Assembly (NCBI GenBank): GCA_009103225.1
Contig: RHPI01001965.1
Coordinates: forward strand, 325,114 to 389,113
Reading direction: 5' to 3'
Source of the DNA: Chlorokybus atmophyticus
Taxonomy: Eukaryota > Plantae > Mesostigma and Chlorokybus algae
DNA: 64,000 bases
In this document: positions 38,355 through 52,499 of the stretch, one piece after another
How the letters are laid out: the number at the start of each line of letters is the position of its first letter
Position numbering within the stretch: position 1 is the first letter of the stretch
Notes under the pieces: generated by a model
Told to the model about the DNA's origin: nothing
Seen by the model: only the letters and a program-made list of their open reading frames with translations
Database searches by the model: none
Made by a program: the position numbers and the translations under genes

Positions 38355-41300
38355 TCATCTCGTGCTCATCGCGTTTGGTCCGGACAGTTTTTCCTGCTTG
38401 CGCAAAGCGACGGCACGTCCCTTGTCTCCGTGGTATGCGTTGCTCATGCCTGTCTTCTGTCGGTGCACTGTCTTGCGCGCGCCGTGAAAGGAAATAGCCT
38501 CGGGGTCCTCCTGCAGACAGCATCCAGGTGAGATTGGCTGCCATATGTGCTCGCTTTATTCCACACAAGGCAGTGCCGCCGCACGAACCGTGCCTACCAT
38601 GATGATACGCTCGCGATTCATCCGTTCAAACTGTTCAGATATGTCCTCCTCCTCCTCTTCCATGTCGTTGCCTGTACCAGCAGAGCGTGAGCACTGAACA
38701 CTGTTGACTGTTTACACTGTGCTCATTTCCAGCAATGTAAGTTGGGAAACAGAACAGATGCCGACAATCAAGCTTCAATAACATTCAAGTTGTTGCAGCT
38801 AGTCTCATCTCTGTCAACTTACCTGATAAGAACCCTGACCGAGTGCTCAGGTTGTACCAGTCGTTGAAAGCATCCAAGAGCTTCTGCCTGTACTCGTTGG
38901 CCTGCGATAAGTGGCACGACATCAGGTGCTGTATGTTGTCCAGTTAAACAAACAGCGACGACTGTACACAACAAGCATACCGCAAACGTCTTCTGCTCAA
39001 TGTCCTCCCTGATGTCGCGCATGTGGTCGAACGCCTTGCGATACGCCATCTTGGCCTGTTTCAACCTAAGCGCAATGTTTGTGTCAGGTGGTTGTTTCAG
39101 ATCAGATTCAATGTCAGCAAAGCTGTCCATATCATACCATTTCCAGCATAATCACGCCCACCTTTGCATGCATGCAAACTCCTCTTCATCTATGAGTTCA
39201 GCATCACCGTCATCTGCAGTGCCAGCAGACAAGTTTGCACGCATGCGCTCCGCGCGTTTGGCTTCAAGTGCGTCCTGAGGTACAAGACTTAGAGGAAGAG
39301 CATTGACAGGTTTGTACCAACCAAGACTAACACACCTTGTCTTCATCTATGCTCTTCTTAGCTGCGTTTACTGCACTTGCAACCTCCTTCAGCTTCTGTC
39401 TGGCGTCCCTGCACAGCGGGTCACACACACAAGTGACTAACTGTGGGCTGCACAAAATGTTCCGCACAGCTATGAGGGAAGTATAGGCAGCGCTACCTGA
39501 TGGTGTTGTTGGCGCCACGCAAGGCTTCAGCTAACACTCGCCCGGTCGCATCATCAACTTTAAACTTCTCAAAAGCCTGCTCAGCAATCAGCAGACATCT
39601 GTTTGATATTATTGCAGTGACTGCTGGCATGCATCTGTCAGGACTTCCAGTGGTGTACCGCATTTTTATCGAGGGTGGCATCCGTGCCACTCGTTGTGCG
39701 TTGCAGGTTGCGGAAGACTGATCCATCCCTAGCCAAAGGACTCGAGGCCGTGCTGGGCTCTGCGCTCAGCATGCCACCGTTGATCGCAACCTTGTTCTTG
39801 GTGGCAGGAACTGCCACGACGCTGCCGCGCTTGGGTGAGTTCTCGTCGTCGCTCAATGGTGCTGTTGGACGAGCATTGGCAGGCGCCTCTCCAACAAAGA
39901 AACCCTGAGCACCAAAGTGTTCAGTTAACATCTCCTGTTGTTCGTTGTCATGGTATCAGCAATGCATAGTGTCCCATATCATGTTTACCGGTGTGGAGTC
40001 GTCAATGTCCCCGACCATGTCACGTGCAGCCGCTGAGTCCATTGGACGCTGTGCTGTGGCTACATTGGCGGCTGATGCGTCACGCGCTGCTGAGTCCCTA
40101 GACTTGCGTATCTCCTGCTCCATCTGCAAGGCGCATGCCAACAAACCACACGAGGACTCAAGCTTGGAACGCCTTGATCTGGTTCTTTAACCACAAGAGC
40201 AGAGTGGAGGGACGCACCTCAGCTTGCAATGCCTGGTAAGCCACCTTGCATTGAGCGAACGTTTCTTTGATCTGCAAAAAGATTCATATTGGCAGATGCG
40301 GGCATATTGAAGTAACCTTGTGTCGCACGCTTGTATGTGCGACACAAGGTTCAACTTACTTGCTTCAGTGTTTCCATGGGCAGGGTGTCTATTGCACTGC
40401 GACCACTCAGGTACTCCTTGACTGTGGCATTCAATGCCTGACGCTCTGCTTCTCTGCAGTTGTGGCACGTATGATAAGCAATGCGACCTACTGTTCAAGA
40501 CTTACAAAGACTACACATGTCTTACGTGTACTCGTCATACACAACTCGACCCCTCCCGCTGAACGTATCGCGCATAGCAAGCTCTTGCTTCAATTCAGCA
40601 ATCTGCCTTTCATACTTCCTGTGATGGCATACACATACGCTAAGTTCCCTTTATGGCTGTCACAAAGGCAGCCAGTGCGCATCAACTAACCATATAGCAG
40701 CACTGCATACTCTGCTGATGAGCCTGACCTTATGATGACAGAAGGGTCAGAGCTTTCATTCACTATCGCCTGTGTGGTGATGGTCTTGACCCTGGCTGCA
40801 AACCGCAGTGTGCTGACCTGTCAACACGGTTTACAGGTAAGCATGGTTGCTCAGTGTCCATACGTGAACATCAATTCCCATGCTCACCGTCTCCTCCAGG
40901 TGAGTCTCCTCGGGCCACACGCACGCAACCATAGCAGTGCGGCAGTTCCCGCCTAGTGCGTCGCGAAGCACGGCTGTAAGCTTGCATGAGCGGAAGGACA
41001 CATGCGCTGCACCCTTCGCCACAGCATTGACAGTCTGCGCGGCAGTCATTGACAGATTGTGTATGCGTGTGAGTGCGCGTGCGTGTACGGCATGTGTGTA
41101 CGCGTACGCGTGTTCGGGTTTGGGTATGGTGTGTGTGCGTGCCTACGTATGCTGCACTTGTGTGCGCGTGTGTGCTCATACGCGTGAAGGTCTTCCTGCG
41201 TATGAGCGTGCGTGCGCCTTATCTTGCTGCAGGTTGTCCTCACCTGCTCCAAAAAGGTGAGGGACTTGTTGATGAACATTGCCTCTTTGAGCGTCTGGCC

Positions 41301-43099
41301 TGACACACCGGTCTTCTTGGTGCGCTCGGAGCCCGCAAGGTCCACTAGGTTCAGCTTCGACGTGGTCACGCGCTCGCTCACGTCGGTCCCCGCCCGCACT
41401 TCCAGGTGCAAGGTGAACACGCAGTGGGACCTTGACGATGTCTGCATACCCAACATGTTGGTGCTTGTCATCCCATACATGTTGCATGCACAACGTCCAT
41501 CTGGGTGTTTCGTACCTCATTCAAGGCGTGCGTTGTAGTGGACCGCGACAGCTCCCCCTGAAAGAATGCCGACAGGGCTTCCTGCTCGCTAGTAACAACT
41601 CTGCGCTCCATTCCCCGCACCTGTTGGAGCACACAAGATTGTTGTTGCTGTGGTATACAATTATCACAGGCTGGGTGCAGCTCATCTCACTGATAAAGAG
41701 TTTTGTACCTGAGTGCCATTATTCTCCTCAACTATCATGAGGTTGTCTGCAGCTCCTGGGCTCTCGGCAAGGAGGTCATATAGGCACTGTGTGAGATACA
41801 CAGGTTAGCGTGTATGTGCGCGTTTGTATGCACATGTGCATATGAGTACGCACTCAACGGGGTGTAACTGACCTCATTGTAGACCTCCAGGTACGACACG
41901 CGTACAACATACTCGCGGTCCGCGCGCGTCTCAATCTCCTTGAAGATCTGGTGGATTGCCCTTGGCACGATCCCGCGCTGGTTGTAAGCCTGCACAGTAG
42001 TTGGTAATGTTGTGTACTCACTCTTTGATATTCAGTGTTGAATACGATGTCACTCTTTGATATTCAGTGTGAAAACTCTCTGCCATTGCCGGCATGCTTT
42101 CTATATGAGGCACAGCTAATGTGACCCTGTTGCGGACATGGTGTGTGCCATTGGTTGTATGTTTGAGCGCATGTTGAGCCAAACCGACTCTGCCTGCTCG
42201 TGTACGCAAGTATGTTGTGCTGTATGGCGGGGACAGGAGTCATTCACAAAACTGTTACTTTGCACGCATGTTGTGCGCAAGTGGGTTACATACATGCGTG
42301 CATGACTCCAAGGTGGAGGTAGGTAGGAGAGTCACATTTTCAAGCTTACCGTGGTGTCTCCTGTCATGGTGTAAGTCTTGCCGCTGCCCGTCTGTCCATA
42401 GGCGAAGATGGTGCCGTTGTACCCGGCCAGGGCCGCGTCCACGACATCCGCCGCGATGGCAGCATACGTTGCCTCCTGCGTGGCATTCTGCCCACACAGA
42501 ACAAACCAGAATGAGTCTCTTGCTCAAGTCTAGAGCGTTGTTTCATCTCTGTACCCACCTGCAGTATGCCATCAAGCTTGAACGAGATGGACTCCGCCTG
42601 GTTGTTCACAGCGCCGCCCTGGTCCTTCTTGCGGTTGGCCACCGCCAGACCGCGCCCGTCTCCAGCGACAGCAAGGGAGTCTGTGTAGCGGTTAGGGTTG
42701 ATGTACAGCGATTATAACAAGTAAACTGGCGTTGTCGAGCACTGCCTATCTACTTTGCATCGTTGAAAGGTTCAGTGAGTCGGAGCCCAAGTGAAACGGT
42801 TGCGACAAAGCATCCGCACAGTTGCGCATTGTGAGTCAGTGGCTGGCATGGCGTGTGAGCTAGAAAATTGAATCATATCGCAACAGAAGCAGATTGTACA
42901 TGTTTTGGTTCTTAGCAGTACGATCAAGAGTACATCACAGTGTGTTGGGATTGATACTCACAGTCATCGATGGCTGGTAATAATATTGACGGTGCAACAG
43001 TGCGATATTTTCCCAGCACACGCAACACGCACCTGTGATGGCCGCCACTGGCCTCAGCCTTACCCACACCTTGATGGTATTCTTTCCCACGACCACCAT
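38355..43099 (-). CDS. KLP1: Kinesin-9 family motor (KIF9/KIF6; Chlamydomonas KLP1-like), multi-exon
   Basis: [104 protein letters not shown]; C-terminal [12 protein letters not shown]. Confidence 0.9.
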
Positions 43100-43789
43100 G
43101 GCGGCCAAAGTGCCTGCCACGTGGCACACCTCCGCCACCACCGCCGCTGCCCGTAAGCGTCCTGTTTGAGATGTGTGTCACGTGACGCAGTGTTTGCGGT
43201 TCGGTTTGAGACAACCGGGTTCAAGCCCATTCCCTTTGGACCCGGGTCGACACAGGCCATGGCGTGGAGCCCTAATCGTCGTTGGATACAAAGTGAACGA
43301 TCGCTGCTCGTCGTCGTTCTGACAAACGGAAGCTTCAGGATAACTCTAATAACGTCAGCCGAACTTTTTGTGCTTTCTAGCAGGCGTAACCCGTGACGTC
43401 ATCGGTTACGTTTTGCGCTACAAATTTGACCTACCTCGGTCACGCTCTCTGGCAACAAGGCTCTCCAAAGTTTGTCGCCAAGCTGAGACCGAAGTGTATA
43501 GATAACCGGGAAGAGCGTAATCAGCGGGACTGAGGTACGCTGTGATTTACATCAGGGGTTGTCATAGGTGTCCGTCGTGGCATGGGCATTGTTGCCGGCG
43601 GTCTTGTCGGAGAACGAGCAGGAAGGAGCGAGAGACAGCTTGAGGAAGGCCCGTGTGAATAAAGCTACTGCTTCTGCTGCTTGACTGCGTGCGTGATTGA
43701 AGCGTGTTAGGGTTGCAAGAAGCAATACGGCGACCAGGCAGCTGTTGAGGAGGTTGTTGTTGTCGTCGTCGTCAGGGAGTGCGGCGAGC

Positions 43790-46700
43790 ATGTCGTCGGC
43801 GGTGGCTTCGGCTGCGGCCGCGCTGACGGTGAGCACGGCGAGGTCGCCGTCTCTGCCGGCCGCGGCGGGGAGGTTGGCGGGTGCAGGGTGCAGGGAGGGT
43901 TCCACGTTGGCTGCCGCTGGAGGCGGCTTCAGAAGAGCGCCACAGCACTCATCTGCGGCGGTGTTGCCCTCCTTTGCCTCATCCCTCAATCAAGAGGCGC
44001 AAGCGTTGAAAACGACCCTCGCCGCCCGCCCACATGCACAGCGACATGCGCAGAGACGACACTTGGCCGCGCGGGCTCAGGGTGGCAATCCCACAGGCGG
44101 AGGTGGAGGAGGGGTAAGCAGCATGTTGTCTGACAGGTTTGCTTTTACAATTCTTGCTTGACACTTGCATGCAGTGCCACATGTTCACATGCTGCTAACC
44201 ACACTTGCACGCTGTAGTTATTACTGCATGCATGTCCAGTATCCACCATCCATAGAAGTTTGATACCAAGTGCATGAACACATGCATGCACTAGGTAATA
44301 ACTACTAATTAGTACCATGCATACTCCGCCGACAGCAGCTGTGCATGCATACTCAGCTCATGTCATTGAGTTGGGTCTGCTTTTTCTGTTGCAACAAACT
44401 AGAGGTTACGCGCCGTTCAGCACGATGCATGCCTGCTTTGTTGCCCCTATTTTGCTCTGTTTCTACCTGCCAGATGTGGCATGTCTGGTTGAGTCCTTCT
44501 GTTGCAGTTAAACTGACCAGTGCTTGCTTCCTGCAGATTTCGCAATCAGACTTTACGGAGAAGGCATGGCAGGCGATTGTGGCGGCGCCGGAGGCAGCGA
44601 AGCGCAGCCGGCAGCAGGTTGTTGAGTCGGAGCACCTGATGAAGTCTCTGTTAGAGCAGGCCAATGGTCTGGCGCGACGCGTCTTCGCCAAGGCTGGCCT
44701 TGACAACTCCCGCCTACTCTCCATCACTGACCGCTACATTGAGCGCCAACCCAAAGTCACTGGCTCAGCTGCTTCACAACAAGTAAGCGAGCTGTGCTCT
44801 TGCGGGGATTCTGACTTGTTGTTGGTTCTTGTGTGAGCATATGTTGAGATGTACTTGTTCTTGCCAGGTCCTGGGGCGTAACTTAGAGACACTTGTTGAG
44901 CGGGCACGCAAGGCAAAGAAGGAATTTGATGATCAATTCGTGTCTGTGGAACATCTGCTGCTTGGGTTTGTGGAGGACACCCCTTTCGGCAAGAGCCTCT
45001 TTTCTGAAGTCGGCCTCACGCGTGACAAACTTACCAAGGCTATCAAGGACGTTAGGGGCAGCCAGAAGGTGGTCGACCAAGGTATGGAGAATTGCACGCG
45101 TAAAATGGGGAGACACCTGCTAGTAGTTGAGTGGTCTGTGGTCTTACTACTTGTTACGTGTGCAGATCCAGAGGGGAAGTATGAGGCTCTTCTCAAGTAT
45201 GGCCGTGATTTGACTGAAGCAGCAGCCCAGGGCAAGCTCGACCCAGTGATAGGTATCACTGCGCAATGTGCACATGCACACACAAGCATACTGCACGCAA
45301 TCATGTTCTTGTAGTTTGTGTCGCTCTGTGCGCTCGCTGTGTGCATGTAACTGCAAGTGTGGTTCATTGTATTGAGGCTGATTGGTCCTTCTTTGCAGGG
45401 CGTGATGATGAAATTAGGCGGACCATTCAGATCCTTTCCCGCCGCACAAAGAACAACCCTGTCCTTATTGGTGAGCCGGGTGTGGGCAAGACAGCTATTG
45501 CAGAGGGCCTGGCACAGCGTATCGTGCAAGGGGATGTCCCACAGGTACTTCAATAACAAAGTGCATGTGTGTATGTGTGTTAGTCAAGTTGATCAGGTTG
45601 TCTGGTTGCTTATAACATGTTTCTTTGCAGTCGTTGCAAGATAGGCGGTTGGTTGCGCTCGACATGGGCTCATTGATAGCGGGTGCGAAGTATCGTGGCG
45701 AGTTTGAGGACCGCTTGAAGGCGGTGATCAAGGACGTGACGGATAGTGACGGGCAGGTGATCCTGTTCATTGACGAGATTCACACGGTGGTGGGCGCGGG
45801 TGCGAGCGAGGGTGCGATGGACGCTGGTAACCTCCTCAAGCCTATGCTTGGGCGCGGGGAGCTCCGTTGCATTGGAGCCACCACCCTCGACGAGTATCGC
45901 AAGTACCTCGAGAAGGACCCTGCATTGGAGCGTCGTTTCCAGCAAGTGTATGTTGGGCAGCCTTCAGTACAAGACACCATCTCAATCTTGCGTGGGTTGC
46001 GCGAGCGATACGAGCTCCATCACGGTGTGCGGATATCCGACACGGCGTTGGTTGAAGCTGCGGTGTTGTCTGATCGCTACATCTCAGGGAGGTTCCTTCC
46101 CGACAAGGCGATAGATTTGGTTGATGAGGCGGCGGCAAAGCTCAAGATGGAGATTACATCGAAGCCGGAGGCTCTGGAGGCCATTGACAGACAAGTAATC
46201 AAGCTTGAGATGGAACGGTTGTCTCTGGAGCACGAGCCGGACCGCGCAAGTAAGGACAGGTTGGCCCGCCTTGACGCGGAGCTCGGGTTGTTGAAGCAGC
46301 AGCAGCGCAGTCTCACGGAGCAGTGGGAGACCGAGAAGAACACGATGTCGAAAATCCAGAGCATCAAGGAGGAGGTGGACCGCGTTAACGTGGAGGTGCA
46401 GCAGGCCGAGCGAGACTATGACCTCAACCGCGCCGCCGAGCTCAAGTATGGGTCCCTCATCACGCTGCAGCGCCAGCTGGAGCAAGCCGAGGCCGCACTA
46501 GCCGCACGCCAACGACAAGGAGGCTCCATGCTTCGCGAGGAGGTCACAGAGACAGATATCTCTGAGATTGTGTCCAAGTGGACAGGCATTCCCGTGACGA
46601 AGCTCCTTCAGTCTGAGCGCCAGAAGCTGCTGAGGTTGGGCGAGGAGCTCCACAAGCGCGTCATCGGCCAGGATGTTGCCGTCAACGCTGTGGCCGAGGC

Positions 46701-47628
46701 TATCCAGCGCTCCCGCGCGGGACTGTCGGACCCCAACCGCCCCATTGCGAGCTTCATGTTCATGGGTCCCACCGGCGTGGGTAAGACCGAGCTCGCCAAG
46801 ACTCTCGCAGCGTACCTATTCAACACCGAGGAGTCTATGGTGCGCATCGACATGAGTGAGTACATGGAGAAGCACACCGTGTCGCGTCTCATCGGCGCTC
46901 CCCCTGGTTATGTTGGGTTTGAAGAGGGCGGGCAGCTCACTGAGGCCGTGCGGCGACGCCCGTACGCGGTTGTATTGTTCGATGAGATTGAGAAGGCTCA
47001 CGGTGATGTGTTCAACGTTCTGCTGCAAGTTCTCGATGACGGCCGCGTGACGGACTCGCAAGGCAGGACTGTGGACTTCACCAACACCGTGATCATCATG
47101 ACGTCTAACGTTGGCAGCCAACATATCCTTGGTGAGGGGGGTAAGGGCGGCAGCGGAGACGCCGACACGCACTATGAGATTATGCGTGAGCGCGTGATGA
47201 ACGCCATGCGGGCAACTTTCCGGCCAGAGTTTATGAACCGCATTGATGAGTACATCGTGTTCACGCCGCTCAACTTTGACGAGATCCGCCGCGTGGTGCA
47301 GCTGCAGCTTGACCGTGTGCAGAAGCGACTCGCCGAGCGCAAGATTCGACTGCGTGTGTCAGAAGAGGCTCTCACGCACCTCGCCAATGTTGGCTTTGAC
47401 CCCGTGTACGGTGCACGCCCAGTCAAGCGCGCCATCCAGCGCGAGCTTGAGACGCAGATTGCGCAAGGCATCCTGCGTGGGGACTTCTCTGAGGATGATA
47501 CCGTTGTTGTTGGGGTGGAGAGACCCTTCTCGTCTGATGGAAAGGCTCTTCCAGCTTACCTCACATTTACGCGTGCTGTCGATGCGGAGACTGTCGATGA
47601 GAAGCCGCGCGAGGCTGCCACTGTTTAA
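43790..47628 (+). CDS. CLPB3: ClpB/Hsp100 disaggregase with N-terminal transit peptide (plastid ClpB3-type), 6 exons
   Basis: Ala/Ser-rich leader; [88 protein letters not shown]. Confidence 0.95.
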
Positions 47629-48823
47629 GTTGCAGTAGTGGTTGTGTTGTGGGGTTTCTGCACTGTAAGTAGTAGCTGCACTTAGTTGCACAGGGATTAC
47701 CCGCAGTTGACAGCTATCCTAGGTGGAATGCTGTTATAGGTTTTGCTTGCTTATGATGCATGTGCCGTGGCGTGCGCACTGAAGTTATGGCCGTGTGTCC
47801 AAAGCCAATGTTACAATTGCGTCTGTGTGTTGGCTCGAAGGCATGGTGTGTGAAGACATACAATGGGTTGTGCAATTGTTCTTGTATTGTCGGTACTAGT
47901 GTATGACATGTGGTGTGCAACATTTGATCATCCTTATCGCCCAGAGCTTCACCAGAATTGAAACTGCAGCAAGTGTTGTGGCAATATAAAAGACGTAATG
48001 GTCAATACGGTCGCCTGCTACCTCAACCACTGTGTGCACAGCGACTAGGACATGTTGGGTATAAATGGACAGAATTATAATGTGCCCACCACACAAGGGC
48101 AGAATAACAATAGCTATCCTTATATTGAGTTGCATGTAAACTGCCTCTTCTTACTTACTACTGTGATTGACATTTTGGAGATGTAGTGTGGTGATGTGGT
48201 GCTTTAGTACAAATTCTTTTTGCAGAAATCCATAAGTCCAACACTGAACCACACAACATGCAGCTGCCAGACCTTTGAACATCATACACAACAACTTCGC
48301 TACTGGGCTTCTGGCTGCTTGTTTGCGCTTGTCACAGCGTCACAGTGGTGTCTAAAGCTTAACAGTGCCGGTGTGCGACAAGCACTCAGACACAAGCACT
48401 CAGCCGCAAGTACACACCAAGTTAACAAGACCAAAGCAAGACAAATTAACGGGGGCGCAAAGCAGCGCTAGCTAGACAACCATAACAGGTAGCTGACTGA
48501 TCGCTGAATGGAGTATCCTTGCCCATGGCAATACTACGCTGGCGGCGGAGCATGGGTACTCAATTTGTTGAGCATAAGCACAGTCAGGCAACAATGACCT
48601 CAGGCTATAACTTTCAAATGAACTACCGACCCAAGCACACAATGCGTTGGGTGGAGGTGCGCACACGTAGGCCTACAATATTGCTGTCCACCCTGCATGG
48701 CAGTACATTTTGCCTTGGCACGTGTGCTCCACGATAGCACTTTCCGATCAACACGCTTATCCCAGCACACACAAATAACTGTCCCCTAACTGCAATGTGC
48801 ACTACTCCCCAACACTACAACCT

Positions 48824-50747
48824 CTACTCCACTCCTAGCACTCCCGTGCTCTGCGTGCGCTCCTCCGCCTCCTCCACCTTGCCAACATCCTCCTTATCCT
48901 CCTGCTCTCCCTCCTTCCCACCCGCAACAAACGGCGTGACATGGTACCCACTATCATCCACGTCGCGGTAGAGCGACGCGTCCGCACCAGGCGGGAGACT
49001 GATATTGTATGCGAAGCGCACGCACTCGCGGGTCATGACGCCCCAGGCCTCCTCTGCGTCGAGACTGCCGCGCATCCTGAGGGAGATGTGGGAATGTGGG
49101 AATGTGAGGGGGAGAGGAGGGGGAGGGGGAGGGAGTGTGTGTGTGTGTGGGGCTTACATGATCTTGGCTGTGAGGCGGGGGGCGACTAGCACGATGTCAG
49201 ACTGGTTCTGATGCGCTGTGCCCTGTGAAACAAAATGACACAGTACATGTGTACTAGCATGTGTACTTGCATGCCCTCACATGCAAGCGCGTGCATGTGG
49301 GGGGGTGTTGTTTTGCGTGCCAGTGTACGTGAGTGCGTCTCTGTGCACGCCCATGTGGTGGTGGTGTGGGGGGGAGGGGGGGGGGCATATGCGTGCGTAT
49401 CTGTGTACGTGTGCATGCGCGCAAGTTTGAGTGTGTATCACACAACTGTATAATGTAGACATGTACTGCGCTACACACCCGTATGCGGTGTGTCACTGTA
49501 ACTGCGTCTCGCTTCTGTCTTCTCACAAACAGTCTCAACGAAGAATTGTTCTCCGCCCATGAAAACGTCTCCGTGTTCAGCAGCAGCAATGGTGTTGCAA
49601 CCTTTGGTGCAGCCTCATACACGCGCTGGCAACAAAAGAACAACAAATTGAGACACCACTCATCCCGACACAACAACAACCAACAACAACTTGATGCCCA
49701 CATGCCTCTGGTATGGGGTACCACCATGTGTCGAGGGCGAGCACGCCAGCGAGCTGTCTTGCGTGAGCGAAGGAGGAGTATGCGAATGCGAGGACTGTGG
49801 CCGCGCCGAAAGAGTGGCCCGCAACGAGCGTCCGACAGGGCCGCAAGTCCAACGCACCCTGTATGAACATGTAAACATCAGATACAACATGAAGCACACA
49901 CATGCAGCTGTGACCCAACATTTGTCACTTGCCTTTAGCCATGCGAGGTTGAAGTGCGACTCCCGCACGCCGTTGGGTGTGCTCGCGCCTTCGTTCAGCC
50001 GATCCAATAGGCTCATAGCGCACGCGAGCTCGTACTGCCTCTGCATGCGTGGGCGTGTGTGCGCACGGCATGTGCGTGTGCGCGTAAGTGTGCGTGTGCC
50101 TATGCGTGTGTGACATCATCAGGTTGCTAATACACTCTCACTCGAACAACTGACACCTATCGGTACCTGTTCGAGTTGCGACGAGCGAAACCACCGCAGG
50201 GTTTTCTGGTTGTCCGCTGCGTTGGCGTTGTCGAACGGTCGCGGCCGCACGTGCCGCCTCCATCGCCACCTCGTCTTGCTGTCGTGTCTACTGCTCGAAG
50301 AAGAAGCATCGGCACCCCTGTCGACGCTCCTCGCGATGCCAGCGGACCCGTCCTGATGCTCCACGATCGCCACAACTGCAGAGACAAGCAGTTCGCTTGG
50401 TCATAGAGTGCTGTGTGCCGTTTGTGGCATAGCATAATGCGGTCTAGTGTTACAGATATGTGCGTGTGCGCGCTTGTGTGTATATACATGCATTAGTGTG
50501 CCCAAGTGTGTTATTGTGCAGATGAAAGTGCTGTATGTTGTTGTGTGGCAGCACCGTATACCAAGCACTCTGCACTGAGTAGTGTATTATTGCAGTGGCG
50601 AAAAGTACAGTCGTATGTGCACACGCGTGGTAGCACTTACAGTAGCCGTGGGAGGCGAGCTCCATTCCCCAGTGAGAGTACGTGCATCGGTTGGCGCCAA
50701 GCCCGTGCGACAACACGATCACTGGAACTGGAGCGCGTGAGCTTCCC

Positions 50748-50780
<33 letters not shown>

Positions 50781-51545
50781 GAGGTGTGGTTATTAGCTGT
50801 CGTCCAGATGGGCGGCTCGTCCACGCCCACGGCCAGACGCACGCCGCCGTACAACGCGTACACTATGGCTGCAAAAGAAAAGGTGATGTTGAGGTTTGGT
50901 TTCCAAAGTGATCAATAGGGTGCAGGGTTGGTGGTAAACAATAGGCAATGTTGGGTTGATACCTGTGAAAAGGTTGCGCAATACTCGCTGCCAGATCGCA
51001 GTGCCGCTCAGCACGTACAGGATGTAACCCTGCACATGACCCAATTGGTGCATGATCAACGGATTAAAGCAATCAACACACGCACCTGCGCACATCAACA
51101 TGCTATATACGCACATTCTCGCGCACACGCTCGTGCGTGCGCATGTGTGCATGTGCGTGTGTATGTGCGTGTTGTCCGCACACACGCACAGTCACATGCG
51201 TGCGCATGTGCGCACGCACGCACTCGCACTTGCACGCGCTCGCAATCACCCACCCACCTTTGCATCCATGAAGCCATCCAGCCACGTGGGTCCCTGTGCT
51301 CTCTTGACCACCTCCCTACCATTCTCCCGCGTCGGGTACCAGAAGCGCACGAGGGGGGCACCGCTGGCAGGAGCGTCTTCGCGCACGTGGCTGTTGTTGA
51401 TGAGGTTGTTGTGACTATTGTTGTTGCTGTTGGTGGGGGTGGAGTAGTGGTTCTTGGCGTCTGTGCTAATGGTGGCCGGAAGCCACTGGAAGTCTGCCAA
51501 CGAGACGGCGTACGGGCCACTCGGGCCGGGAAGCTGGCGAGGCAT
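48824..51545 (-). CDS. PAF-acetylhydrolase II/Lp-PLA2-like serine lipase, multi-exon, with a poly-Q tract; true start may lie further upstream
   Basis: LPGPSGPYAV, PLVRFWYPT, PVIVLSHGLGANR..YS...ELASHGY, VEHQDGSA, AGHSFGAATV (GxSxG), LALDTWWYP, GTAHQNQSD. Confidence 0.88.
50749..50779. repeat. (TTG)n microsatellite encoding poly-Gln in the PAF-AH-like gene
   Basis: Direct reading; minus-strand frame gives SQQQQQQQQQQQGSS. Confidence 0.9.
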
Positions 51546-52499
51546 CGTGAAAGTAGCGGGAAGTCGTGTATGTGTATGTCTTTGTATACGTATATGTGTG
51601 TACCCTGCGTGTCAACAACCAACCAGCATGCAAGTCCTTGAGAAGATATACATGCTTGTACAATTAAGTGCAAATGTCACCCAAACCAGGGCAGCAACCG
51701 ATGGGTAGGGCACAGAATGTGACGCTCATGAAGCAACCATCAATGCAAAGACCCGCCACGCGTTATAAGCAGCAGCAGTGATGATGTCTGGTTTGCAGGC
51801 TCGCTGTGCGTGTAAAGTGAGTGAGTGAATGTTCAAGTGGTCACTTGGCTCATGCGTCAAGCACACGGTAAACCAAGAGCCATGCGAGGGGGTACAACCG
51901 TCAACACATGCACGACGACGATCAGGCCTTTCAGCATGACATCTCCTACTCACCGAAGCACACGAAGGAGAAGAAGGCGACGATGATGATGAAGGTGAAG
52001 AAGTAGAAGAAGAAGAAAAAACGCGCACTGTTGGTTACTAAGCTCCCTCGCTCTCTCAGCTCTTACATACGCAGACCCCAGCAACTGTGAGCCGTCTTCA
52101 TGTCCGTTGCCTGCGGACAGCACTGCGGCAGCGGCGGCGGCGGTGAATCGGCGACGGTCATCCTGGCCGTGATGGCCATGCCAGCTGGCAGCTCGCGTGC
52201 GATCTTCACGGAAGACTGGTCAGCTACGGTACCACCGGCGGCACACGTGTACGGTTACCGCCGCGGCGGGTGCACGGTGTACCCGCCACGTCGCACCAAT
52301 CGCGAGCTTGTGCTCCTTGTGCGTTGCGCACAACCAGTGCGATGCCGCTACATTGTGGATAACTGCATTGTGTTGGCGCCAAAACAGGCGGCGGCGGCGG
52401 CTGCAGCCTCGGCGTCCGTGGTGGCGATGGCGGTGGCGGCAGCAACGGACGCTTCGTCGAGGTCGTCAGTGAGTCGGGTCCTGTCATAGATGCTAGCAT

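Noticed and set aside
43210-43255. B-box-like CCGGGTTCAAGCCC upstream of the kinesin gene
   Set aside because: No A-box at a suitable distance and no cloverleaf.
44353-47691. Many minus-strand ORFs over ClpB, and similar antisense ORFs over the other genes
   Set aside because: Shadow ORFs caused by GC3 bias of the real coding strand.
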